Shown: piece after piece, positions 30,001 through 42,000 of the stretch | Layout: the number at the start of each line of letters is the position of its first letter | Numbering within the stretch: the first letter of the stretch is position 1 | Source: Guillardia theta CCMP2712 | Taxonomy: Eukaryota > Protista > Cryptophyta | Assembly (NCBI RefSeq): GCF_000315625.1 | Contig: NW_005434634.1 | Span: 458,531-522,530, forward strand | DNA length: 64,000 bases | Direction of reading: 5' to 3' | Notes under the pieces: model-generated | Told to the model about the DNA's origin: nothing | The model's database searches: none | The model's input: only the letters and a program-made list of their open reading frames with translations | Position numbers and translations under genes: made by a program

Positions 30001-33000
30001 ATTCTTATTCATCTCTGGATATCGCTGTAAAGTCGGTAATCACTCAGTTCATGGAATTGTGTTGTCTGGAAGTCAAATCCGATGTGCGTTGCCACCCCTC
30101 AAATATGGCAAACATACAGTCCAATTGGCACTGAAAGCTACCATGAATATCCTTTGTAGTCAAGATTTGTTAGTGATAAGAAGGCCACACATTGTTTCAT
30201 TAAATCCAAGTTTGATCATGCCTACGACGAAAGCAATCACAGTTATGGGCTTAAATTTCGAGTCATCTCTTGAGGGGCATTGCCTTCTAAATGATTTACG
30301 ATCAGAATTAATGCATACTGAGAGCTCAACTGTAGTGCTTTGCATAATAAGATCATTCATGGACAAGACGAGTAGTATCCGAATCTCTTTGGGTGGTTTT
30401 GAATCAAATTTTGTTGAATTGGTGTATCTGTATCCTGAGTTGCTTTCTGTTCTCCCAAGAACGGAAATACATGGTGGTGAATTGATAAGCATTATCGGGT
30501 CAAGATTCTGGAACTCTTCAAGGATCGAGGCAAGGTTCGAAAACTTGAGTCAACCTGGAACATTTTACAGTTCAACTTTGATCCTTGCAAACTCGCCCTT
30601 TATGAAGGAAGCTACAGCTTTTGAACTGCAAATATCTTGTGAAGATATGCCTGTATCGAATAAGATTTCCATGATATACTTGGACGACATGTTTCCTACA
30701 ATTCATTACATCATTCCGACTTCTGGTCCAGTGAGAGGAGGCAACTTAATCACTATCTTTGGTTTGAACATGAATAACACACAAATGCAGGTGCATTTCG
30801 GCAACATATCGATCACTCCAATCGAGCAGTGCTTTGCATATGTAGTGTGTGTCGTTCCCCCTAATTTAGCAGGAAGTATCTTTCTACGTCTAGTAACCCG
30901 TAATCAAGCCCTTTCGAGAGCAGCTTCATTTGTTTACTGCTCAGATCCCCACGTAATGTATATTCGGCAAAGTTCTCACATGACTGGCAGTGCGCAGAGT
31001 TTACGTATTACTGTTATTGGACGAAATTTCTCTCCTCTTTGTTCTCTGCGTTGTAAGGTGGGCAGCCAACAAGCAACTGAAGGGACCATTCTGAGCTCCA
31101 GTCTTGTGCTTTGCTCAGTGCTAGAACCAACAAGGGGAAATTCAACTTTGTTCTTGTCTCAAAGTGATCACGTTTACTTTCAAACTTCTTTTCAGGTCCA
31201 GTTGCGCGATATTTTCAGATTTATAAAACCAACTAGAATTCCAGCTGCTGGTGGTGTATTGATTACAATTGGCTTAGAAATGAGTTTTCTTGAACAGAAC
31301 AAAGATATTCGATTGAAAATTAACCATGAAGAACTAACATGCGAATGGACAAAAGACACGACATTTTGCATAACCCCTCCATCAGCAACAGGACTTGCAT
31401 ACCTTGAAATGAACATACATCGAGATGGAACAAAGGAAGTTTCTGTTTCAAGACCTCTTCTTGTAATGGAAGTTGACATCCCAATTGTAATTCATTGGAA
31501 TCCCAAAGTTTTGTCAACAGAAGGAATGAGTCAGGTTCAGTTTCAAGGTAGTGGATTCAAAGCAGACTTTGTATACCACTGTCAATTTGATGAAATTGTA
31601 GTTGCCGCTGCCGTTTACAGCTCCACTGCAATTGGATGTGATTCCCCTTCCCACGAACCCGGAATTGCACAGCTAAATTTATGGTTTGGAGCTTTACATC
31701 TTCTTGCAGATGAAATTCGATATGTCAAGCGACCAACAATATTGAAGACATCTTTTCAATCAAGACGTGAACTTCTCGTCTATTCTCACGACTTCTCAAG
31801 CAGTGCAGATTGGGCCTGTAGATTTAGAGGGGACATGCTGTTGTCCGCTTCAAGGACAGGAGAGACGACAATAAAATGTCTGGTTCCGATCACTCTGATA
31901 GGAAATACAACAATCGAAATATCTATGGATGAGACAATATTTAGCGAGCCAGCATCCATTTTACTCGGGCCAGTGCAAAACGAAGGTAGAATATCTCCAC
32001 CAAAGGGGTCCATACATGGGGGATATGATGTTAAGGTGTATCTCCAAGATCGATCACATATCGTAAAGAACGTATTTTTCAATCGAAATATCCAACCTAT
32101 CGTTAAAGTGGAAAGAGATTACGTTGTCTGCAGAGTACAACCCACCAGAATGCTTGGAGTGGTGCAGATCGAAATTGAATATTCCGAAAGGGTCACTTAC
32201 GAGAGCGATCTCCTATTCGAGTATATACCTGATCTCTTGGCTCATTCCCTCTTTCCATCGTCTGGGCCATCAACAAGCAGCAGTGAAGTAGCTGTCCGAG
32301 GGGAGTACCTGCCACTCAATGGATCTGTCAAGTGTGTCTTCGGTGGTCAAGATACCACGGGGCTGGTTATGACATCATCATATATGAGATGTATCACGCC
32401 AGTATCTAGACAGGTAGGAACCATACCTTTCTCCTTGAGGATAGGCAAGATAGCCGTTGGGACTCCCCTAAAATATGAGTTTGTAGAGGCTCCACAGGTC
32501 TTTGGGATGATTCCCTCGCAGGGCCCAGCGGAAGGGGGCACCAGGGTACTGCTTTATGGGGCAGGCTTTGATGTGGGACAAGGAATACGCTGCAAGTTTT
32601 TTGAAGATGTAGGAATGTCTACCTATCATTCGTCAACTCTCATTCAATGTAGAACCCCCCACTCTATCACTGGAAATTCTACATTGAGACTTTGCTTTGG
32701 CAAGAAACCTTGTTTTGAAACGAAGTTTGTATTTTGGTTTGAACGAAAGCAAAGCATGAATAAGTCAAACGAAAACCTGAAATTGCCATCATCGAATGAA
32801 TTGGAGTCAGCAAAATATGAAAGCAACAATTCAAAGGGTTTCCGAAGAATTTCTGTGCTGGCTGTCTCCCCAACAATCGCAATCTGGGGCAGTACAAAAA
32901 GTGTCAAAGTTGAATTGACGGAATCATGGACACCTGGCAGAGCGTTGTGCATTTTTGGAAATTTTTCAGTTTTAGGTAATGCAGTGACAGAACGCCTTAT

Positions 33001-36000
33001 CGATTGTCCACTTCCAACAATGTTTTTCTACAGTTTAAGTTTCTTTGTGGTCTTTGAAAACAAGATTTTGCAACCAGTTATTCAATTAAAGCAAGGTCTT
33101 CCACCAAGATTAAAACAGGTATTTCCATCTTTTGGTGACAAGAATGAAAAGTTATTGGTATCTGTCTGGGGTACGCACTTCGAATTATACTCTACGTACG
33201 TCAAATTTGGAGTCGATTTGGCGGAGGAAGTTTCTGTGCTTTCCTCGTCGCTCCTGATGTGCAAATGTCCGCAGTCCCAACTCGAAGGTAAAGTATTACT
33301 GTCAATCAGTACGAATGACCTGGATTACTTCTCTTATGATGTATCATTTACATTCATGCCTATGCCAAGAATATTCTCGGTGTTTCCTACGTGTATACCG
33401 CCTTCAGGAGGAGTCGAAATATCAATATACGGAACGAATTTCTACGCACATGGGTTAGATTTAAGTGTGTTGATCGGAAGACAAGAAAGTTTTGCAAATC
33501 TGATTACTAGTACCATGCTTACGAGCGTTTGCCCAGTTTTGAATGAGTTTGCAAACCTCTCAGTCACATTGAGTGTTGGAGACGCCATGATCGAAGGAGA
33601 AAGGGAGCCGTTACATGTCTGTAATGAGTTGAGCTTGTTGCGGGTTGTGCCAACGATCAGCTACGTGGGCAATCAGGTGCTTCTCACACTCTATGGCACA
33701 GGCTTCCGCGCGAAAATGCTCATACTTGCTGGGAAACGAAGACTGGATTGCGCAGTGAATGATCCTCAATCTGCAGATTGCCGAATCGACGCTCTTCCAG
33801 TAGGCAACATATCTCTCCATATTTTGGGATCAGGCACAGAGCCAATTCAGTATAGAATTCTTGAGCGACCAACGGTGTACGCTGTTCATCCTACGGGGGT
33901 CTCGAGCACAGAATCCAGAGCGATTACTATATTTGGTCAAGGTTTTACTGAGCACATACAGGAGATTGGACTTCCTGGATGCAAAATGTCAGAGATTGAT
34001 GAACTTGATTTCGTTCTACTCAGTTCAACCATGCTTTTGTGCCATGTTTCACGTTCTCAGATAGGACAAGTGGAACTCGGAAAGATGCTGACTAACCTTC
34101 AGCAATCTTGTCTTTCTCTAGATGGATTTCCTGTAACGCCAGCAATCACGCAGGTAACAGCAATCACCATTGCGTCCCGCACCACAATCACACTCCGTGG
34201 TAATCAGTTTTCCACCTATGACTCCTACTCATGCAGATTGGGAACGAAATCATATGTTTTCGGGGAACTCATTTCTTCTTCAAAGATAAGATGCGAGTTT
34301 CAAAATTTGAGACCTATGAATTACACTTTGGAGCTAGGTAGTAACGGGAGTTTCGTTTCTCTAGATCAATTTCCGTTCGTTTTGAGCAATCAAAATGTGT
34401 ATTTGCTTCCATCGTGTGGAGTTTGCAGTCCAAAGATGACCATTTCCATCATTGGACCAACTTGGGACAAGCTGTATTATTCAGCCAAATTCGGAAGAAG
34501 AGAATCACTGTGCCAAAGGAGGAGCAATGAGATTCTTTTGTGCAATGTGTCATGTTTATTTGAGGACTCAGTTGCAAGATTAGGTGTTACTATTTGGGAT
34601 GGAGAGATTCAAAAAGTAACGAATGCAATGGAATTTCTCAATGTTCTTCATAGACAATCCTTGGAAATCAAACGTTGGAACATAGCGAACAAAAGGCTTT
34701 TAAATTTGATGGGATCTTTCACGGTCCCCTCTGAAAGCCTGAGATGTTCATTCAATGATGAATTGAGCCTTCCGTCACTGGTTTCATCTTCCTCTATCAT
34801 ATGTAAGATTCCTTCCATCCTATTACATGTGATACCACTTGATTTTCAAATAGTCGATATCAACTGTAAACTGAGCAGTAACAAGGTGACCATCATGACC
34901 CATAGGTCACAGCCTGCAGTAAAGCTATTCCCTACGAGACTTTCAAAATCTCATAGTTCAGTCACAATTGTTGGTACAGATTTTAAAAAGAGTGACGGAC
35001 TACACTGCATTTTAGGCGAGAAGTACATGGTGATGACTTTGCAAGCATCAACACTGATCGTGTGCAAATCTATGCCACACCGAAATGGAAATATTACCTT
35101 TCGGTTCATGCAAGAGAATGAGGTCCTAATAGCTAGCAGTATACTTGTAGAGGGCAATTCAAATATTACCATCGATGCAATAATACCATCAAACCCTTGT
35201 TCAGCTGCAGAAGCAATAACAATCAAAGGGACCTGGTTTCAACCACAACAACCACTAAAATGCAGTTTTGGTCAGAAGACATTCGATTCAGAATTTATTT
35301 CTAGTACTGAGTTGTTATGCAATCTGCCTGTGAATCCTTGGAGTTGGATGACTGAATTTAACATCAAGAGCTTTCAAAATATTTCATCTAATATCGACTT
35401 GAAATTTGAGTGTAAAGTAGATCGATCTGATCTGAGCATTTTTCCTTTGTATGGATTACTTGGAAGTGATACACTGATTAATGTAATGTCAAGAGCAAGC
35501 CTAGAGTCAGTCACAGGCTGCAGGTTAGGATCTAGTATCCTTCATGCGACACAGATTTCGTCTTCACACGTTCAATGTGTGCTCCCTTCTTGGTCGGACA
35601 TAAAGATCTATGAATTATTCTTACGACTACAGTCAGAAACCTTTGTGCCAACCGCAACACAGTTTCACATATTCGAGATCTCAAGGATTGAACCGTCATA
35701 TTCTCCAGTGGGAAGTGAATCACTGGTGACAGTCTTTGGATCAGGTTTTCCAAATAGGTATGACTTGACTTTCAAACTAGACTCGACTGTACTTCGTCCA
35801 TTATCGATTGACTCGAATTCGATAAGATGCTTGTTCCAAAATACATTGTCTGAAGGCATGTACAACATCGAGTTCAATCTATCGAATAAGGGATGGCAGA
35901 ATACTGGATTAAGATTTCGTTCGATGTCGATGGTAATGCTCAGCATTGACCCAAAGAGAGTAATATCAGGAATTGATCAAACCATTACTATATATGGCTT

Positions 36001-39000
36001 TACTTTCTCCCTAGAAATGAATATGTCTTGTATTTTCGACCAAAACTTTTACTCCGTCAGTATATTGACTAGTAGTGCAATCGTTTGTCGCACACCAAAG
36101 GATATGGCTGTGTCGACTCTCCTCACTTTGAGGTCCAATACTTATCCAAATTTGGTATCAAATGGTCTTCTTCTCGATGCTTCAATGAAGCTAATATTTT
36201 GGAAAATCTCCCCCACTTTTGGAATCATTAGGAAAGAGAGCATTGTTCAAATCTTGGGAGAAAATTTTCCTTTAGACCTTGCGCAATCTTCCTGTAAGCT
36301 TCGTCAGGCCAAGGGATTTGTACAACATTTATCTTCCAGTGAGCTTCAATGTCGAATTACTCCATTGAGCGCATCGTCAACATCATTCCAAGTTTGGTTT
36401 GCAGGTCACTCTGTCTTTAATGAAACATTCATGATTTCCGAAAGTGTTACGATTCGGAGTGTTTGGCCTACTTTTGGATATCTCGACCATGTAATTACGG
36501 TCACAATTTCAGGTGGAAATTTTCCAGAGGGTAGAGGTTTGACGGTCACGATCGGGAATTTTCCCGAGATTCGTGCGGAAAATGTTTTTCCAGAGACTTC
36601 AAATTTGATTGTCACGACGTTAAAATGTAGCGTGAAAGGTCTGTACGACTTGGCAATTTACAAACAAAACGTATTGCTTGATAACTTTGAATCTGCCTTT
36701 ACATGTTTACCTATCTCTGCTGTCAATCTTATCAATCCCAGTTTTGGACCACAAAATGGTGAACAAATCGTATCAGTTTACCTGGAAGAGTCTGTATCTT
36801 TGCAAGAGATGCCGCTTTGTAAATTTGGTGATATAAGCTCCGTTGCCGCTGTTGATATCTCTGATTCCAAAAAGATAACTTGTAGGTCACCTCCTCAGTC
36901 TAAAGGTGTAGTGAATTTTACAATCCAAATATCTTCGATTGTACTCGAATCGAGTTTGAAATTCTTGTACGGAGGTTCGCACATATGTAATGTATCCGAT
37001 TTATCTCCAACTGTTGTGCTTTCACATGGGTCAAACGTTCTGATCTTTGGAAAATTCATAAGTGACAATGTAAAGGTTGAGTTCAATTCGTCTTCTGCAG
37101 TGTCTGTGAATCACATCACCTCATCTCAAATTTCAGCTCAATCTCCATACCTTTCTGTAGGGTTGGTAAAGGTACGCTTCTACTGCAAGGAGATTCTTCA
37201 TGAAATTCTAGACATATTCAGTATTGAACCCATTCAATTGGAAGAAATATTCCCTCTCCAGGCAACTGAAATCGGCGGAGCCCTGATTCATGTCTACTTG
37301 AGGAACGTATCCTCAGACTTGAACGGTTTGCTAGAATGTTGCTTTGGGAATCGAATTACTCCCATCACATTTGCTGCGAGAAATTTGGTTACTTGCTTCT
37401 CACCACCACACAATCCTGGTATAGTTGAGTTTTTTGTCTCGGTTGGTGGAAATCAGGTTTCTCTGACAAAGCTAAAATTCGAATTCATGCCCTTGGAACA
37501 GATTCAACTAAACTCTAGCACAATTGCTTGGGCAGGGGGCGGAACAAACTTCAGTTTTGTTTTCCAAACTCATGATTCTTGGGTTTGTTCCTTTGGGGAA
37601 ATTCTCGTTAGTCCATCATTTATTTCTACCACCGAATTCGTGTGTTTATCGCCTCCTCACGCTCAGGGCTGGGGTGTTTTGTCCGTCATTTTCAAGGGAT
37701 TACCAGTTGTATCTTACCAAATCTTGTATGTTTTACAATTTAAAGTCGAAAAGATTAACCCTCAAGCAATTCAGGATTCATCTTCGATTTCTGTCCTCGG
37801 TTCTGGTTTCCAAGATCTGAAAGATATCGTTTATTTCTGTCAATATTCAAGCAGGAAGGTAGATCAATATGAAACACCTGTTGCGAATCTCAATTCCAGC
37901 AAAATCTCAATGCTTGCTACTGTAGTTCATTCTAGCTTGCTTCTTTGTCCTGTACCAATTTTCTCGTCAAAGCTACCATATTTAATAATTACGTCGAATC
38001 TGCCATCAGAATTCAATTCTGAATTCGCTTTTGAACTGCAACGATCAAGTATCATAAATGTCATTCCATCAGTTGCTCCTGTAAATGGCGGTGTACGAGT
38101 TGTAATTGTTGCTGATTTGGTTGCTAAAGAGATTCCGTCATGGTGCAAGTTTTTGAATATCAGAAGAAAAGCTCTTCTTGTTTCAAGCTCCAAAATTTCC
38201 TGTGTCTGTCCTAAATATTTTGCTGGAACTGTTCCTCTTTCACTCGAGACTGAATCTGGCTTAGAGTCGAAAAGCATACCGTTCTCCTACTTTTCCTACC
38301 CAATACTTCGTTCTATCACTCCGAACTGTGGCCAAACAACAGGAAATCAGTGGATAACCGTTTCGGGACAAAGTCTTTCGCCTTCTTTGAATGTGACATG
38401 CAAATTTGGTTTGACGTCCAGCCCTGGAACGATCAAATCGAGTTCTCAATTTTTGTGCAGAAGTCCCCCTTCCAGTGCTGGCAACGTATCACTCTCTGTG
38501 TATATTCATGATTTATATTTCTACACTTCTGTCCAATATCAGTATCAAAACTTCTTGACAATTCGATCCATCGATCCAAGTAAGGGTCCTGCTTCAAAAG
38601 AATTCCTTGTGACATTGTTGAACGATAAGTTTCACAATTGCTCATCGCTCAAGTGCCGATTTGGTTCATCCTTGAGGGATCCTGTGCGAGTATACGATTC
38701 AATCGTTGTGTGCCAGAAACCACCAACGTACCCTGGTGCCACTGCCGTCCAAATCGTTTCTGAAATTGGCATCAATTCCACGACAGTCATCTTCGAGGGA
38801 GAAATCGATACTGTTATCACCGGAATTTTCCCACAAGCTGGTCCGACACAAGGCAATACCATTCTATCAGTATTTGGTGAGGGTCTCAATTTGGCAAAGT
38901 ACTGCACCTTTGCGACAAATTTGCAAAGTGATCAAGGATCAACAGGCGAAATCAATACGAAAGCATCGGTGATTTCATCTACAATTGCTACTTGCATGAC

Positions 39001-42000
39001 TCCTGCACAACCTCCTGGAACATGGACTATTTCCGTTTCGATTTCAAACTCATTTTTTGCGGATCGACGTATCAATTACACCTATTATGTAAATCCTGTG
39101 GTCAGTCACATTGTACCGAGCAAAGTCTACAGGAACCAAATACTAACAATCACGCTTCTCGGGAGAGGATTCCTCCTTGGATTTGATCCGATTTGTATGG
39201 TGGGAGGGATTCAGTCAAGAGCCCAAATATTTTCGAGTGAAACAGCGCTGTGCACAGTCCAAGGATTATCTCTCGGGATCTTTACAGTAGAATTCTCGAA
39301 TAACTTCCAAGACTTTACAAGCGACCGTCAAACACTTACTGTAACAGAATGCTTTGGCGAGTGTGCGAAGCTTCAAAATTCCGATGATTCTTGCAGGAGA
39401 CACAGGGGAGCTGCAAGAGACGGTGGATTTTCCTGGATAAGATTATCACCATCAGCCTCATTGATAGATGAATGGTATTCGGGGATGACCTTGCACATTC
39501 TGTCCAATCAGGGAGCTGGCCAGTTTGTTCGAATTTCATCGTATGATGGAAGGGAGCAAATAGCAAGATTCAGTCCCCTAAATATTAAATGTGGCTGCTC
39601 CCTGCCATTATCTGCATTTGGGGCAAGGAACCGCTCCAATGACATTCCTTGGGAAGGCACTTCACAGTTGTACTGGTTACCCGACGGCTCATCAGTCCCC
39701 GGCCATTCACTCGATCCGATTTGCAGCGAATACTTGATTTCATTTGAAGACTGTTATTCGCATCTTGACTTTCGATTTAATTTGGATTTCATGTCTCCAG
39801 GATTCCTTGTAGAGCAATCATCTTTTTTTTACGATAATAAGTCTATCTTCTATCAAAATGTCAGTACACTTTACAATTTTCCTCCAAGAAGCTTTGGAAA
39901 AGCTGTTGGGAGTGTTTCCTACGGAGCTAGAACTATCTTGAAATCAAAGCCTTTGTATTATTCAACGGTTGCAGATGAACCTGACCATAAATCTCTCAAA
40001 TGCTTGGTACAAGACGAGAATGTTTGGATAGACTCTTCAATCATCAGATTTGTATGTCAAGTCAGAGATCAACATGGAAGATCTCAAATCAAATCTCAGG
40101 AATTTTTCTGGAAACTCACGGTTGGAACACAAAACAAGACTGGAATATGTACCTTCAGTCCTAAAACAGGTCTGACCATTGGATGCAATATTATTATTGA
40201 AAAACAATGGTTCGGATTACAAAATATCACCACAGCATACATCACTGGAACGCTGAATGGCAATGATGTTTCTGTTGGCTCTGTGCACTTACAGTCTGTC
40301 GGGTCCATTGAAGAATCATCAACCTGGAAAGCATTCTTGAAAATTCAATCTGATGATATTGTTTTTGGAGCTAATTCATCTCTAGAATTGTACTTTGCGC
40401 GACCTTGGCATTCTTATCCACTGATGAGTGGTGTTGTGTTCGTCCTTTTTGACTCTCAAGTCGTCAACTGTAATCTTGAAGCTGTAGAATGGGATAATTT
40501 CTATCATGATCTCTCTACTGCAGTGCTTGCGAGGGACGGAGTATTACAGGTGTACTTCGCAAAGAATGTTGACGTTTCTCAAAGTCTGCCGTCAGAAAAC
40601 GGATCTCCGAATGTTGAAAGGATTGCGAAATTTTACTGCACGTTCAAGTGCAATTCTAGCACACGTATAAATGGATATGTTGAAAGTGCAATCGACACCA
40701 AAAACAACCTTATCATAGGTGGCAAAAGGGGAGAATTACCCTTGATCATTCAAAACCGATTCGAGTCCACCAAAAATAGTATTGAACAGTCAAAGTCATT
40801 GCAAAATGGTCTGTTGGTCAGTATTTCAGGTGAGGACCAGATGAGAGGAATATTTGCCGTCGCCGACTCAAGCATCCTCTTTAACATTCCGGCACTCGCT
40901 GGACCGAACTATATGCAAGTGGCATACGTGCGAATTTTTTTGGTGTACTCGAGAAAGATTGTCGAGCTCAATCCTCCTTCGAAAGATGATAGGTTGAAAT
41001 GTGAGTCCACAGATCCATCAGTAGCTTCAACCATATCAGAGAAAAGTTGTGATTTGATATTGACTGGAAATGAGTATGCTGGATCAAAAGATCTTAAGCT
41101 TTTGGTCACATTCACGCATGAATTGTTTGGGGTGTTCACAACAACTGTGCCTTTTGTTGTTTGGTTCCCAGTCGCTTTGAATGTTCTATCTCCAGTAGGA
41201 AAAGGTGGGGGACTTGAAAATAGAATACAAATTCGGTCGATAAAGGGTTTTACGAATGACTGTGAAAATGACGAGTTGAAGTCTTCGTATGAAACTGCAA
41301 AGGTGAGATCGCAAGTGACCTTCTCAACGGGAGTGGATCTAGGGGTGGATGTTGGATCAAGGTTAATTTTCTTCCTTGATGATGAATGGGTAACGTATAG
41401 CACGAATCAGAGCCAGACGACTGTATCTGTGAACAACGGCATTCTATACATCTCTGATCGTTACCCCAATTTTGGAAATCCTCTTGCATTTCTCGTCATT
41501 CCAAAGACATTTTCTCTGGGAGTTAAAATCACACCTTTGGAAGTTGAGGTTCTACAGGCCAGCCAATCATCAATCGTTGACTTGATTCTGTTTGCTCCAA
41601 ATAGGATCAACATATATTTCTCAGATAACACCACTTTCTTTAATACTTCGGAACAGATCATATTGACTGGTCAAGTACAGCAAACTGTGTTCTCAGTTTC
41701 TGCGCAACAATATTCAATATTTGGAGTTGCAATTTTAGACGATGGTATGACCTTTGATGTCGGACCAAATAACGGCCTCATAATTCACGAGAATGGACCA
41801 TTTGGGAACCTCAAAATAGTCCCAGATAGCAATGTCTTTTCAGTTTCAATGTCGTCTAATCAATCTGGAACCTATTCGATATCTGCATACATTGAAAAGT
41901 GTGGAAAACAGTTGGTTTCGTCTGCATTCTTGATCACGTTCGATCCATCGACAGTAAAAAGTATACAAATAATATTCGAAGGACCGTTGAGCACAGCTGA

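Larger units (their letters stand above)
3..39340 (+). repeat. Protein-level tandem array of IPT/TIG Ig-like domains (~13,000 aa; about 140-150 units estimated from length)
   Basis: The IPT consensus recurs about every 260 bp, each unit with two Cys. The last unit ends VEFSNNFQDFTSDRQTLTV. The unit count is an estimate, not an HMM count. Confidence 0.88.

Noticed and set aside
10875-34001. The direct repeats as transposon LTRs or a CRISPR-like array
   Set aside because: They are in-frame coding IPT sequence, with no terminal motifs, target-site duplications, transposase/RT genes or regular repeat-spacer structure.
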